IMG/VR virus record: IMGVR_UViG_3300042894_003945
Location: 32,001 to 96,000 of that record
Reading direction: 5' to 3' (one strand)
From: a virus
DNA length: 64,000 bases
Of the stretch, positions 18,053 through 28,952 are shown piece after piece (position 1 is the stretch's first letter; each line of letters begins with the position of its first letter). A model generated the notes under the pieces. It searched no databases. It saw only the letters and a list, made by a program, of their open reading frames with translations, and was not told the DNA's origin. The position numbers and the translations under genes were made by a program.

Positions 18053-21000
18053 TTATAACAATCTTACAAGTGATTTAATAGTCCATAGTGTGTTTGATGC
18101 AGATGCTTGTAACTGTACACTGTTAGAAGTCAACGCTGCCTGTAGTATTATACCTGAAGTACTTCCGTTTACATCTGCTGTGTAGTTTTCAAACCATTCT
18201 ATAGATCCTCCTCCCCAAGTAGAGTACAATGTACCAGCTCTAGCTATAGATCCGCTATACGCTACGTAGTCAAAGAATGCTGCTCTATATGAACCTGTAA
18301 GTTGACTGGCTATTACTTGGTAACCTCCTACAGCTGGTGCTGAAGATGTTGTGTTGAACTCCGCAAGTCCTAAATCAAACGAGCCTGATACTGATAATCC
18401 GTTAGTGAAATTACCGGAACCAGACACATCCAGACTAAATTGTGGATTGGGTTGGTTAATACCTATACGGCCATTTGCAGAACCTGAGAATGGATTTCCT
18501 GTTGTTGTTGAGTAGGAACCTGTTCCAAATATTAATCCACCTAAATTGATACTATCTTGTCTTCCACTATTTAATGTAATATTAGTACCAATAATGATAT
18601 TATTGGATTTAATACTTGAAGCAGCATCAGTAGCTACGTTATCTCCTACTCGATATCCGATTAATGTAGAAAAAGATGCACTCCTTGCAAAGAAGCCAGC
18701 TCTATATCCAAAAATGTTTGAGTTACTTGCGTTTGTTGCACCACCACCAGCAATATATCCAAAGAAATTTGAATTATTAGCGTTTGCTGCATTACTACCA
18801 GCACTATATCCAAAGAAATTTGAATTATCAGCGTTTGTTGAATTACCACCAGCAGAATTTCCAAAAAAGTTTGAGCTACTTGCGTTTGTTGAACTAGCAC
18901 CAGCACTAGTTCCTAAAAATATACTATTAGTAACACTATTATTAGTTCCAGCAGCAGGACTAACAGAACGTAATGTAGTTCCTGTTACTGTAATTGGAAA
19001 AGATGAACTAACAGCATTTTGAGCCCAACTAGCAGTTCCAAATAATGAACCTGTCAGACTGTTTATAGTTGCTGGACCTGTTACTGTAAAGCTTCCAGTT
19101 ATTTTTACACTACCTGTAAACTCATGATTATCTACAACGCTGTCTCCAAACACATTACTTCCGCTACTGTATATTACAGAAGATGATACTGTTTGGACTA
19201 CTAAAGTATTGGCTGTAATGTTTCCTGTGGAAGATATGTTACCTGTTACAGTAAGAGTACTACCATCAAATGTTAAGTTAGCCTCAGCATTCGCTGTATT
19301 AGTTGTACCCAATGAAGTAAGTACTCTGTTGTCAACAGCATTAGTTATAGTATTGAAGCCTGTTCCAGAAGTACCTGATGTACCTGCCGATCCACTAGTA
19401 CCTGCAGCACCAGAAGATCCTGCACTTCCTGATGTACCAGAAGAGCCCGAAGACCCACTAGTACCGGTAGAACCTGATGTACCGGAAGATCCTGTTGATC
19501 CGCTGCTACCAGAGGTTCCTGTACTTCCACTAGATCCGCTTGTACCTGTAGAACCAGAACTGCCAGATGTACCAGTGGAACCAGATGATCCTGTACTACC
19601 AGATGAACCGGAAGTACCAGTTGATCCGCTAGAACCTGAAGAACCGCTTGTTCCACTGTTACCAGAAGTTCCGTTTGCTCCATTTGCACCAGAAGTGCCA
19701 GAAGAGCCACTAGTTCCAGTAGATCCTGATGATCCGCTAGATCCTGTAGAGCCAGAGCTACCTGATGTACCTGTACTACCACTAGACCCGCTAGTTCCAG
19801 TAGATCCTGATGATCCGCTTGTACCAGTTGATCCTGATGAACCAGAAGAACCACCACTTCCAGAAGAACCTGATGTTCCAGTCGATCCACTAGACCCAGA
19901 AGATCCAGATGTACCAGAGGTGCCACTAGATCCTGCTGCAGCTACCCAAGTAGATCCGTTATATCTATAAATGTTATTATCTGCTGTATTGTAGTATAAC
20001 TGTCCAGCAGCCGTTCCTGTTGGGTTAGAAGCTGCCGTTGGGAGTCTGAAAGATCCTGTGATTCTTACGCTACCAGTGAAATCGTGAGTATCCACTACGC
20101 TATCACCAAATATGTTACTACCGCTGGTGTAAAGTACGGAAGACGTGACAGTTTGAACAATTAAAGTTTGTGCAGTTATTGTTCCTGCTACAGTAAAGTT
20201 AGTTGCGTAAGATGATGTTAGAGAGTTTATAGCCCAACTAGCAGTGCCATGTAATGAGGCAGATACAGCTGTTGCATTTACAGTTCCAGCTCCATTTATG
20301 TCATTACCGTTCATGGACAAATCCCCAGACATAGCCCTAGTACCGTCAACTAAAAGGTACTGGGGATGGTCATCTGATAATAGTCCTAATAAGTTTCCAT
20401 GTAAAGTAACTATTCCTGTTCTAGATGGAGATGCAAAACCAAGTCTAGGTCTTTCATCGATTATAGATTGAATGCTAGCACTGGCAGGAGTTACAACAAT
20501 AGAAGCAAATAAAGCAAACTGTTCTGTTACAAAACTTGGAGGTGTAGGAAGTGATCCTGCCTCTGCTGCTTCGAGATTGTCATAAAGGTCTTGACCATAA
20601 ACAAGGAAATATCTTGTTGTAGGAAGACCAATCATGTATAATGAGTGCTTAGCGTATTTTCCAGATGGTATTGCTTGCAATGTACCAAAACTAGCACTAT
20701 CATACAAAGCATTACTTGCAGTAGTTTGATTTGCTACTCTAGTAAATCCAGATCCACCTACTCCAGTACCTACTGATCCACTTCTATAAAGTGCATCAAA
20801 AGTTATAGGAGCTGCTCCTGTAGTAGTTATTCTATGTTCAGAGAAGAAATAAATTGCAGAAGTAACATCTAGGCTTCTAGGAGTGCCTCCTTCTGTAGTT
20901 ATGCCGCCGGATTGGAATATAGGTCCTAAAGCGTCTCTAAATAATCTATCTACATAGTTAGCATAGTGGTGTGCATCTAAAGGTGTTCTGTCTATATAAA

Positions 21001-24000
21001 CTATAGAAGTTGAGTCTGTAATAACTCTTCCTAAAGGAACATTAAATCTAGAGTTAGGTTCAGTTGCAGAAGATGTTAATATACCAGAGCCATTATAATA
21101 AACATATCTATCGGAGGATGTTGGTAATGTTATTTGTCTAGATGCTGCAGTTGTTCCTCTAGTGTTAATTTTATACAGGTTGTGGTTAGAATATCCGCCC
21201 GTACTCATTACATATCCTACAGATTCTGCTACTTGAACAGTTAATACACTAGCTGTTGTTAGCGCACCGCCATCAATAATACCCATTGTACTAGCAAAGG
21301 ATACTAGATCGCCAATTTCTGTTCTAACAGCTGATGGTTCTCTGACCCAATCAATGCCTCCATAAAGAATAACTGATGCAGTTCCTATTCCTGCACCTCC
21401 GCTAGGAATTAAACTTATATTTCCAGTTGGATTTGCAAATATACTAGCAGATACTGTTTGTGCGTTTAAAGATCCCCTAACTGTGAAATTATCAGCAGAG
21501 GATGCTGTTACTGCATGAGAAGCAGAAGTAGCATTTAAAGGAGTTCCGTTTATCCAAACTCCTCCATCATAAATTAATGCTTGCCCATTAGTTGGTGTTG
21601 TAATAGTTACATCAGATAAATCCTCTAATGTTTGAGCTACAGCTCCTCCACCAGATGATCCTCCTGCTATATTTCTAAATATACCGCCATCAATTATTCG
21701 GTTATTAGCTGTATCTGTTAAACTATTTGTTTGTCCTTTTAAAACTAAATATCCAATAAATAGCAATGAGTGAGCTGTAAATTCACCTTCAACAAATGAA
21801 TCTGTTGATAAGTATTGTAAGGCGTTTAATAAAGTAGTGTACGTATTTTGTCCATAATAAACAACAACTCTACCTGTTACTGGGTTTGCAAATACTCTTT
21901 GGATTTGCCATTCACTAGAAGCCATTGTGCTTAGTACCCCAGTACCGTCATCCCAGTAATCAGGATCTACTGTTGTATAAAAAGCACCTCCATTATTGTC
22001 TAAATAAATGCCAGATCCTGATCTCCAAGCTCTAGCAATAGATGCTGTTACAAATCCGGCTGCTTCATAATGAGAAACACTATTCGGGTCTTGATTGTAG
22101 AAACCTCCTAAAGTATAGGCTATACCACTCCCAAATCCAAAGCTTAAAGACCCTGTTTGTGGAGTAATTGAAAATCCGCTTACTTTAATAGGACCAAATG
22201 CCCTTATAAAGTCGTTTTGTTGTGTATCACAATCATAAGTAGTTTGAACGTTACTACCATAACCCGTAATAGATACATAGTTAGGGTGGGTAACTCTACC
22301 TAATGGTATTGCTTGTTCATACTGTGTTTGATTAAACCAACCAGTTTGTTGATATATAGTTCCTGTATTATCAACATATAGGTAGGTATTTTGGGAAGAC
22401 GTTATATACTGGGCAGATGCTGTATAATCATTCCAATTAACGTATGTTAGTATAGGATTGATTTCAGATCCACTAGAAGCGTTCATATTATTAATAATAC
22501 CGCTACCTTTCTTTACATAAATTATACTTCCGCTATATGAAATTCCACCTCCATATAAAATACCGCTAGATACACCACCTTCAAGCCACTTAAATTTAAT
22601 TAAGTTACCATCTTGACGGTAATATAAATCATATCCTGTAGCTGTATTTGATGCTGAAGTAAATAAATAAGATGCTGTAAAATTATTAGGTCCTGGGTCT
22701 TGACCTGGGTCTAATCTTAGGTGCCCTTGTAAAGTGAAGTTTGCACTAGCGTTAGCCGATCCAGATATAACTACACTACCTGATAATACAGTATTTCCTA
22801 TTAAGGTATTATTACCTATTTGAATAGTAGATCCGCTAGTTAACAGGCTTCCTGTAACAGTTTGAGTGCCTATAAACACATTACTTCCTATAGAAGTCAG
22901 ACTTCCAGACATGATAGTGCTACCAGTAACACTAAAAGTACTTCCACTATATACTAAATTAGAAGAAGCCGTAGCAGCATTTGCTGTGCCATCTGATAAT
23001 ACTACCCTACCTAATCCTGCGTTGCTTATGGTATTAAATCCAGTTCCAGAAGTACCTGATGATCCTGAAGATCCACTTGAGCCACTAGATCCCGAACTAC
23101 CGCTAGATCCTGATGAACCAGAAGTTCCAGAAGTGCCTGTGCTACCACTAGACCCACCTAAGCCCGAGCTACCACTACTTCCTGTTAAACCGGATGAGCC
23201 AGAACTTCCGCTAGATCCTGAGGTTCCAGATGATCCTGAAGTTCCAGTTGAACCAGAGCTTCCTGATGTTCCGGTAGAACCAGAAGATCCACTAGTGCCA
23301 GTAGAACCGCTACTTCCTGATGTCCCCGTACTACCGCTGCTTCCACTAGAACCAGAAGAACCCGCACTACCCGATGTACCAGTAGAACCGCTAGAACCAG
23401 ATGATCCACTAGTTCCTGATGATCCACTGCTTCCTGTAGTGCCGCTAGAACCAGATGATCCGCCAGTTCCTGATGAACCAGAGGTTCCAGTTGAACCAGA
23501 AGAACCTGAAGTTCCGGATGATCCAGAGCTTCCTGAAGTTCCTGTATAACCTGAGCTACCTGATGTACCAGTAGATCCTGATGAACCAGAAGTTCCAGAA
23601 GACCCGCTAGTGCCTGATGATCCGTTTTCCCCCGAAGTTCCTGAGGTTCCTGATGTGGCGGCTGCAAATGAAGTACCATTTATAGATAAAGATCCTGATA
23701 TACTGACAGATCCTGTAAATTCATGAGTGTTAGTAATTATGCTCCCAAAGTGAGTAGATCCTGTTACAAATTCTACACTAGAAGTTATAGTCTGTACTAT
23801 AAGAGTCTGTGCGCTAATAGTATCAGTTACTATAAGAGATCCTGTTATATTAGTGCTGCCAGATATATTAATTGTTCCATTTCCTGCTATTAATAATGCA
23901 GACGCTGTGGCTGCGTTTGTGGTGCCATCTGATAGTAAGACCCTTCCAATTACCGGATCATGTATTGTATTAAAGCCTGTTCCGGATGTTCCGGAGCTGC

Positions 24001-26413
24001 CGGACGATCCTGATGAACCGCTAGTTCCTGAATTGCCACTAGTTCCGGTTGAACCGCTACTGCCTGAAGTTCCTGTGCTACCAGAACTGCCGCTAGATCC
24101 TGTAGATCCAGATGAACCAGATGATCCACTAGTGCCAGATGTACCTGATTCACCAGATGAACCGCTAGTTCCAGAGCTGCCAGATTCACCTGCTGTACCA
24201 CTTGATCCACTCGTACCTGAGCTACCTGACTCACCTGAGGTGCCCGAAGAACCTGAAGTTCCCGATTCTCCACTTGTACCCGAACTGCCTGATGTACCTG
24301 AGGTTCCGCTTGAGCCACTAGTACCAGCCTCACCGCTTGTGCCTGATGAACCAGAAGATCCAGAAGTTCCGGCTTCACCTGAGGTTCCGCTTGAGCCACT
24401 AGTACCAGCCTCACCGCTTGTACCGCTAGACCCTGATGATCCACTTGTACCACTTGATCCGGAAGTTCCTGATTCTCCACTTGTACCTGAAGATCCTGTT
24501 GTGCCTGATGAACCTGAAGTTCCTGTAGAACCTGAAGTTCCACTTGAGCCACTAGTACCAGACTCTCCCGACGTGCCGCTAGATCCACTAGTGCCAGATT
24601 CTCCTGATGTTCCAGAAGAGCCTGATGTGCCAGAAGACCCGCTAGTGCCGCTAGAGCCAGAGGAACCTGATTCTCCACTTGTACCTGAAGAGCCTGATGA
24701 ACCTGATGTACCCGACTCACCTGATGTTCCAGATGATCCTGAGCTACCGTCTATACCAGACGATCCACTAGTACCTGACGTACCTGTAGATCCACTGCTT
24801 CCTGATGTTCCTGTAGAACCAGATGAACCTGAGGTACCTGAAGTTCCATCAGTGCCACTAGACCCTGAGGATCCACTTGTACCACTTGTACCACTAGTAG
24901 CCGCAGTAAATGAGGTTCCATTTATAATTAATGACCCTGTTATATCGACAGATCCTGTAAATTGGTGTGTATCGCTTAGTGCATCTCCAAATATGTTACT
25001 TCCACTACTATAAATTATAGATGAACTTATAGTCTGTACTACTAATGTTTGAGCAGTTATTGTTTCTGTGACAGTCAGAGACCCCGTTATAGCAGTATTT
25101 CCTGATATGTTAAAAGATCCATTAGAATATATTAAATTGGCAGATGCTGTAGCAGCATTTGTAGAGCCATCCGATAATAACACTCTGCCTTGAGCGGGGC
25201 TATCTATGGTATTAAATCCAGTTCCAGAAGTACCTGATGATCCTGAAGATCCACTTGAACCGGAAGTTCCAGAAGTTCCATTTGATCCATTAGAGCCAGA
25301 TACACCAGAAGATCCACTACTTCCCGTAGAGCCGCTTGATCCTGCTGAACCAGACTCACCTGAGCTGCCTGATGAACCAGAAGTTCCTGTAGAACCAGAA
25401 GATCCTGAAGTACCCGTACTACCTGAAGTACCAGATGAGCCAGACGTACCAGTTGAACCAGAGCTACCACTAGTGCCAGACGAACCAGAAGTTCCGGTTG
25501 AACCGCTACTGCCTGAAGTTCCTGTGCTACCAGATGAGCCAGAAGTGCCTGTAGAACCGCTAGAACCTGAAGTTCCATCTGAACCAGATGAGCCAGAAGT
25601 GCCTGAGCTTCCAGAGGAACCTGAAGTACCGGAAGTACCGGTTGAGCCCGAAGTACCTGAGCTTCCGCTTGAACCCGAAGTACCTGCGCTACCAGAAGAT
25701 CCTTCCATACCAGAAGTGCCAGACGAACCAGAGGTTCCTGTTGAACCCGATGAGCCTGTTGAACCTGAACTACCAGATGAACCAGAGGTTCCACTTGAAC
25801 CTGAAGTACCTGAGCTACCAGAAGTGCCTGTTGATCCAGACGTTCCGCTTGAACCACTAGTACCAGTTGAACCAGAGCTACCACTACTTCCACTAGAACC
25901 TGAAGTGCCACTTGTACCAGAGGTTCCAGAAGTGCCAGAAGTACCGCTAGTTCCTGATGTTGCAGTTGTAAATGAGGCGCCGTTTATAGATAAGGATCCA
26001 GTAATATTTACCGATCCTGTAAATTGGTGTGTATTAGTTAATTCTGTACCAAATATAGTAGATCCCGTAACAAATTCTGTACTAGATGTAATAACTTGGG
26101 CTACAATTGTTTGAGCTGTTAATGTACCTCTTACTGTAAAATTATCTGCTGAAGATGCTGTTAAAGCATTTATTGCCCAACTAGATGTACCATATAATGA
26201 TCCTGTTATACTACCATTTACAATTAATGAACCTGATATAGTTTGATTACCATCAAAATTATTTGATCCACTAATCTTAGCGCTGCCTGAAATTATATCT
26301 TCATAATCTATTGTATTCCACACACGGTATTGTGGATCATAGACTGGAACATGTCTATCACTAGGAGCATTTATATTAATTTCTACTGGTTTTCTACCGT
26401 TTAATTTAGACAT
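18053..26413 (-). CDS. Giant collagen-like fibre/adhesin protein, 2786 aa
   Basis: Four Gly-X-Y blocks (~25220-25960, 23980-24895, 23040-23655, 19360-19935); repeated TAQTLVVQT...THxFTGS modules; two paralogous ~300-aa domains; DDHPQY fibre motif; 17-aa SNFFG repeats near the C-terminus. Confidence 0.8.
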   Translation of the reverse strand: MSKLNGRKPVEININAPSDRHVPVYDPQYRVWNTIDYEDIISGSAKISGSNNFDGNQTISGSLIVNGSITGSLYGTSSWAINALTASSADNFTVRGTLTAQTIVAQVITSSTEFVTGSTIFGTELTNTHQFTGSVNITGSLSINGASFTTATSGTSGTSGTSGTSGTSGTSGSSGSSGSSGSTGTSGSSGTSGSTGTSGSSGTSGSSGTSGSSGSSGSTGSSGSTGTSGSSGTSGMEGSSGSAGTSGSSGSSGTSGSTGTSGTSGSSGSSGTSGSSGSDGTSGSSGSTGTSGSSGSTGTSGSSGSTGTSGSSGTSGSSGSTGTSGSSGTSGSTGTSGSSGSTGTSGSSGSSGESGSAGSSGSTGSSGSSGVSGSNGSNGTSGTSGSSGSSGSSGTSGTGFNTIDSPAQGRVLLSDGSTNAATASANLIYSNGSFNISGNTAITGSLTVTETITAQTLVVQTISSSIIYSSGSNIFGDALSDTHQFTGSVDITGSLIINGTSFTAATSGTSGTSGSSGSSGTDGTSGTSGSSGSTGTSGSSGSTGTSGTSGSSGIDGSSGSSGTSGESGTSGSSGSSGTSGESGSSGSSGTSGSSGTSGSSGTSGESGTSGSSGTSGESGTSGSSGTSGSTGTSGSSGTTGSSGTSGESGTSGSSGTSGSSGSSGTSGEAGTSGSSGTSGEAGTSGSSGSSGTSGEAGTSGSSGTSGTSGSSGTSGESGTSGSSGTSGESGSSGTSGSSGTAGESGSSGTSGSSGESGTSGTSGSSGSSGSTGSSGSSGSTGTSGSSGSTGTSGNSGTSGSSGSSGSSGTSGTGFNTIHDPVIGRVLLSDGTTNAATASALLIAGNGTINISGSTNITGSLIVTDTISAQTLIVQTITSSVEFVTGSTHFGSIITNTHEFTGSVSISGSLSINGTSFAAATSGTSGTSGENGSSGTSGSSGTSGSSGSTGTSGSSGYTGTSGSSGSSGTSGSSGSTGTSGSSGTGGSSGSSGTTGSSGSSGTSGSSGSSGSTGTSGSAGSSGSSGSSGSTGTSGSSGSTGTSGSSGSTGTSGSSGSTGTSGSSGTSGSSGSSGSSGLTGSSGSSGLGGSSGSTGTSGTSGSSGSSGSSGSSGSSGSSGSSGTSGTGFNTISNAGLGRVVLSDGTANAATASSNLVYSGSTFSVTGSTIMSGSLTSIGSNVFIGTQTVTGSLLTSGSTIQIGNNTLIGNTVLSGSVVISGSANASANFTLQGHLRLDPGQDPGPNNFTASYLFTSASNTATGYDLYYRQDGNLIKFKWLEGGVSSGILYGGGISYSGSIIYVKKGSGIINNMNASSGSEINPILTYVNWNDYTASAQYITSSQNTYLYVDNTGTIYQQTGWFNQTQYEQAIPLGRVTHPNYVSITGYGSNVQTTYDCDTQQNDFIRAFGPIKVSGFSITPQTGSLSFGFGSGIAYTLGGFYNQDPNSVSHYEAAGFVTASIARAWRSGSGIYLDNNGGAFYTTVDPDYWDDGTGVLSTMASSEWQIQRVFANPVTGRVVVYYGQNTYTTLLNALQYLSTDSFVEGEFTAHSLLFIGYLVLKGQTNSLTDTANNRIIDGGIFRNIAGGSSGGGAVAQTLEDLSDVTITTPTNGQALIYDGGVWINGTPLNATSASHAVTASSADNFTVRGSLNAQTVSASIFANPTGNISLIPSGGAGIGTASVILYGGIDWVREPSAVRTEIGDLVSFASTMGIIDGGALTTASVLTVQVAESVGYVMSTGGYSNHNLYKINTRGTTAASRQITLPTSSDRYVYYNGSGILTSSATEPNSRFNVPLGRVITDSTSIVYIDRTPLDAHHYANYVDRLFRDALGPIFQSGGITTEGGTPRSLDVTSAIYFFSEHRITTTGAAPITFDALYRSGSVGTGVGGSGFTRVANQTTASNALYDSASFGTLQAIPSGKYAKHSLYMIGLPTTRYFLVYGQDLYDNLEAAEAGSLPTPPSFVTEQFALFASIVVTPASASIQSIIDERPRLGFASPSRTGIVTLHGNLLGLLSDDHPQYLLVDGTRAMSGDLSMNGNDINGAGTVNATAVSASLHGTASWAINSLTSSYATNFTVAGTITAQTLIVQTVTSSVLYTSGSNIFGDSVVDTHDFTGSVRITGSFRLPTAASNPTGTAAGQLYYNTADNNIYRYNGSTWVAAAGSSGTSGTSGSSGSSGSTGTSGSSGSGGSSGSSGSTGTSGSSGSTGTSGSSGSTGTSGSSGSTGSSGSSGSTGTSGSSGTSGANGANGTSGNSGTSGSSGSSGSTGTSGSSGSTGSSGSTGTSGSSGSTGTSGSSGSTGTSGSSGSTGSSGTSGSTGTSGSSGSSGTSGSAGSSGAAGTSGSAGTSGTSGTGFNTITNAVDNRVLTSLGTTNTANAEANLTFDGSTLTVTGNISSTGNITANTLVVQTVSSSVIYSSGSNVFGDSVVDNHEFTGSVKITGSFTVTGPATINSLTGSLFGTASWAQNAVSSSFPITVTGTTLRSVSPAAGTNNSVTNSIFLGTSAGASSTNASSSNFFGNSAGGNSTNADNSNFFGYSAGSNAANANNSNFFGYIAGGGATNASNSNIFGYRAGFFARSASFSTLIGYRVGDNVATDAASSIKSNNIIIGTNITLNSGRQDSINLGGLIFGTGSYSTTTGNPFSGSANGRIGINQPNPQFSLDVSGSGNFTNGLSVSGSFDLGLAEFNTTSSAPAVGGYQVIASQLTGSYRAAFFDYVAYSGSIARAGTLYSTWGGGSIEWFENYTADVNGSTSGIILQAALTSNSVQLQASASNTLWTIKSLVRLL
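18640..18930 (-). repeat. 51-bp / 17-aa repeat (SNFFGxxAGxxxTNAxN), 5-6 copies
   Basis: Visible in translation; resembles beta-roll repeats of trimeric adhesins. Confidence 0.8.
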
Positions 26414-26421
26414 GTCTTATA

Positions 26422-26769
26422 TTAGCTATTTGCGTTTTCAAGAACAGATAGTACAGCATGAAGCTTATCTGCTTGGTTTGTAGTGATATAAAAAGCATCG
26501 TTTTTTTCTAAAACTAATTTACCACTTAGTGGGTTTAAAGATTCAAATGGAGGTATATACCCATTATTTAATACTGTAAATAATTGTACACTACCGCTTT
26601 TTTGAACTTGTATACTTGCGCTTTGAATGCTACCTGTTGTTACATTAGTAATTTGACAAGAAAGTATAATAGTAGAAATATCTAAATTCTCTTGATATAT
26701 AAGATTACTACCACTAGCTAATGACACTGATACTAATCTAAATCTATTTAAAGGTAACTGATCTGCCAT
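26422..26769 (-). CDS. Small virion structural protein (beta-sandwich)
   Basis: 115 aa; PLNRFR...GKLVLEKND...LSVLE pattern; between two fibre genes. Confidence 0.65.
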   Translation of the reverse strand: MADQLPLNRFRLVSVSLASGSNLIYQENLDISTIILSCQITNVTTGSIQSASIQVQKSGSVQLFTVLNNGYIPPFESLNPLSGKLVLEKNDAFYITTNQADKLHAVLSVLENANS

Positions 26770-26779
26770 ATTCTATGTT

Positions 26780-28867
26780 TTAATTCGTTTCTAATGCTAA
26801 ATTTATCGGCGTTATTTGAGCTGTAACTGATTTATAAAATGTCCTACCTTCTATAGTTCCTGTTGCTTGCCTAATTACAAAATCATTACCAGCAAAAAAA
26901 TCTCCCGTTTCGTCTCCTGATGTATGAAATACACGTCCACGATTTTCTTCTACTACTCTTAAAGCTACATTTGTTTCTCCAACGCCTCCTTGATTTATAG
27001 GTAGCGCTAAAAAATTCACTCCAGCACCAGCATATGAAAAGTCATGAGATGTTGAAGTAATAAGTGAGCCAAACTCAACTAGTAAGTCAGCCCCCGCTTG
27101 ATTTACAACCACTCTTTGTACTACGTCTATTACCACATCTAGCATCTGTCCCACTTTTTGTTTACCTGCTAATGTTACACCACTAAATATAGTGTCTGGA
27201 TCATTAACAATATACTCTTTAATATATTGATATGATTTAATAAAATCTCCTGCTAGTGACCCACTACTATTAGATATTAAAGGAAATACGGTTATAGCTC
27301 CTTCAATAAAGTTTGATCCAGTTACTATAGGTAAAGTATATAAACTGCCTGATGATACGTCTTGTCCTTTAAATAATCCTGATGCAAATTGAGAGGTTCT
27401 GGCACAAGTGGGTACTAACAAGTCATCAGAAATTGCATCTATTAGTAACCCACTATCTTTAATTGTTGACGCATAATTTGCACCACTTCCACTTATATAT
27501 GTTGTGTTATAACTACCTGATAAAGCTAATTTGTTTATCATATAGTTTTGTATACTTGTCTTTTGTGATCTTATTATTAATGATCCACTTACATCTATAG
27601 AAGAGCTAATTGCAGATATATTAGGTTTTACTAACATTCTCACCCCTTTTGATCTTAAACCATAATCACCAAACGTAGTATTAGAGTTTAATAAAGACGC
27701 CTGACCTCCTTCAATACAATACACTCCCACTCTACTAAAGTTAGTAAAGAAAGATACTAATTGAGCGTATCCCCTGCCTCTTACACAAATACCTATTCCA
27801 TTAAATGCTACCTGAGTATATGCATCTACAATCATTGATTTAAGGGGGGAGTATCCGTCTAATACAGAATCGTCTACAATCATACCACCAGGACCGTTGC
27901 CAACTAATGGGTTTGGAGGATTAGATCCTGAATCTAAAGGCGCATAAAATTTATCTGCCGGTGTGTAAATTGCAGAACAATTTTGAATATATGGAGAAGT
28001 TATAATACTTGCACTTGGAGCAAAAGCAAAAAAGAAACCATTTCTTGGATCCTCTAAATTATCAATAGTTGAACCCTCTAATCTTAATCCATAACAATAT
28101 GTACCATTGTTCATTAAAAATAAATTAGACCCACTTGTTGCTGAAGTTGGTCTAACAACAACGCTTCTTAAATCATCTCCTATAATAGATGTGCTTGAGG
28201 GAACAATAATAGGGGCTTCTTCTACATAATACCCAGTTTTTACATGAATACTTTGTCTATAAAGTGGGAATCCGGAATTAGCAGCTAATGAAGCCGATGC
28301 TGCGGTAATTGCAGCTTTGATAGTTCTAAATGGAGTAGACAGAGTTTTACCGTCATTTGTATCTAAGCCATCTTCTGCTACGTAATATACTTTTTCAATA
28401 ACACCAACATTTGCTAGCTTGCTACCATCCCCAGTAAATCCAGCTGATGCTGTTATAGAAGTAGCTATTAGGCTTTCTCTAACAACAAAGGTATCAGCAG
28501 AAGATGCTGTTTCAGCTAAGGTTGCATTTTGTGCCTGTACTACATTGTTAATATTGTAGTTTTCTGTATCTCCGTCCCCTTTAATTAATTGAATAGTGTC
28601 TGGAAATACCTGTATAGCTGTTACAAATGCGTTAGGGGTGTTAGATGCGGTTAGTGCATTTATTGCCCAACTAGCAGTTCCAAACAATGATCCTGTTATA
28701 TCAGTGCTGTACCCTATTTCTACTACCTGATCTCCGGAACTAGATGTAGTTCTCATGAATAACTTACCATCGTAAGTATTCATTGCGATTTCACCAAAGT
28801 CTAGTTGTGCTACAGTAGGTTTCGCACCAGGAATAGCACTCCTGCGAAGTTTTAATTTTTGGGCCAT
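26780..28867 (-). CDS. Tail fibre/spike protein: Mtd-N-like N-terminus plus pectin-lyase-like beta-helix
   Basis: KLRRSAIPGAKPT..L.FGEIAMNTYDGKLF N-terminus; YYVAEDGLDTNDG...PFRTIKAA, GYYVEEAPI, SIIGDDLRSVVVRP and SPYIQNCS motifs. Confidence 0.75.
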   Translation of the reverse strand: MAQKLKLRRSAIPGAKPTVAQLDFGEIAMNTYDGKLFMRTTSSSGDQVVEIGYSTDITGSLFGTASWAINALTASNTPNAFVTAIQVFPDTIQLIKGDGDTENYNINNVVQAQNATLAETASSADTFVVRESLIATSITASAGFTGDGSKLANVGVIEKVYYVAEDGLDTNDGKTLSTPFRTIKAAITAASASLAANSGFPLYRQSIHVKTGYYVEEAPIIVPSSTSIIGDDLRSVVVRPTSATSGSNLFLMNNGTYCYGLRLEGSTIDNLEDPRNGFFFAFAPSASIITSPYIQNCSAIYTPADKFYAPLDSGSNPPNPLVGNGPGGMIVDDSVLDGYSPLKSMIVDAYTQVAFNGIGICVRGRGYAQLVSFFTNFSRVGVYCIEGGQASLLNSNTTFGDYGLRSKGVRMLVKPNISAISSSIDVSGSLIIRSQKTSIQNYMINKLALSGSYNTTYISGSGANYASTIKDSGLLIDAISDDLLVPTCARTSQFASGLFKGQDVSSGSLYTLPIVTGSNFIEGAITVFPLISNSSGSLAGDFIKSYQYIKEYIVNDPDTIFSGVTLAGKQKVGQMLDVVIDVVQRVVVNQAGADLLVEFGSLITSTSHDFSYAGAGVNFLALPINQGGVGETNVALRVVEENRGRVFHTSGDETGDFFAGNDFVIRQATGTIEGRTFYKSVTAQITPINLALETN

Positions 28868-28933
28868 ATGTATGGAACGGTTCTAGTATATACTAAACAG
28901 CTTTCGCTGACCTATATAGGCGTATATAAATAT
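28865..28933 (-). promoter_or_regulatory. ATATTTAT motif followed by a multi-hairpin 5' leader that includes the start codon
   Basis: Inverted repeats CCTATATAGG (28911-28920), CAGC-GAAA-GCTG (28898-28909), TAGTATATACTA (28884-28895) and CATACATATG (28865-28874). Confidence 0.55.
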
Positions 28934-28952
28934 CAAAGGTTCCTTACATATT

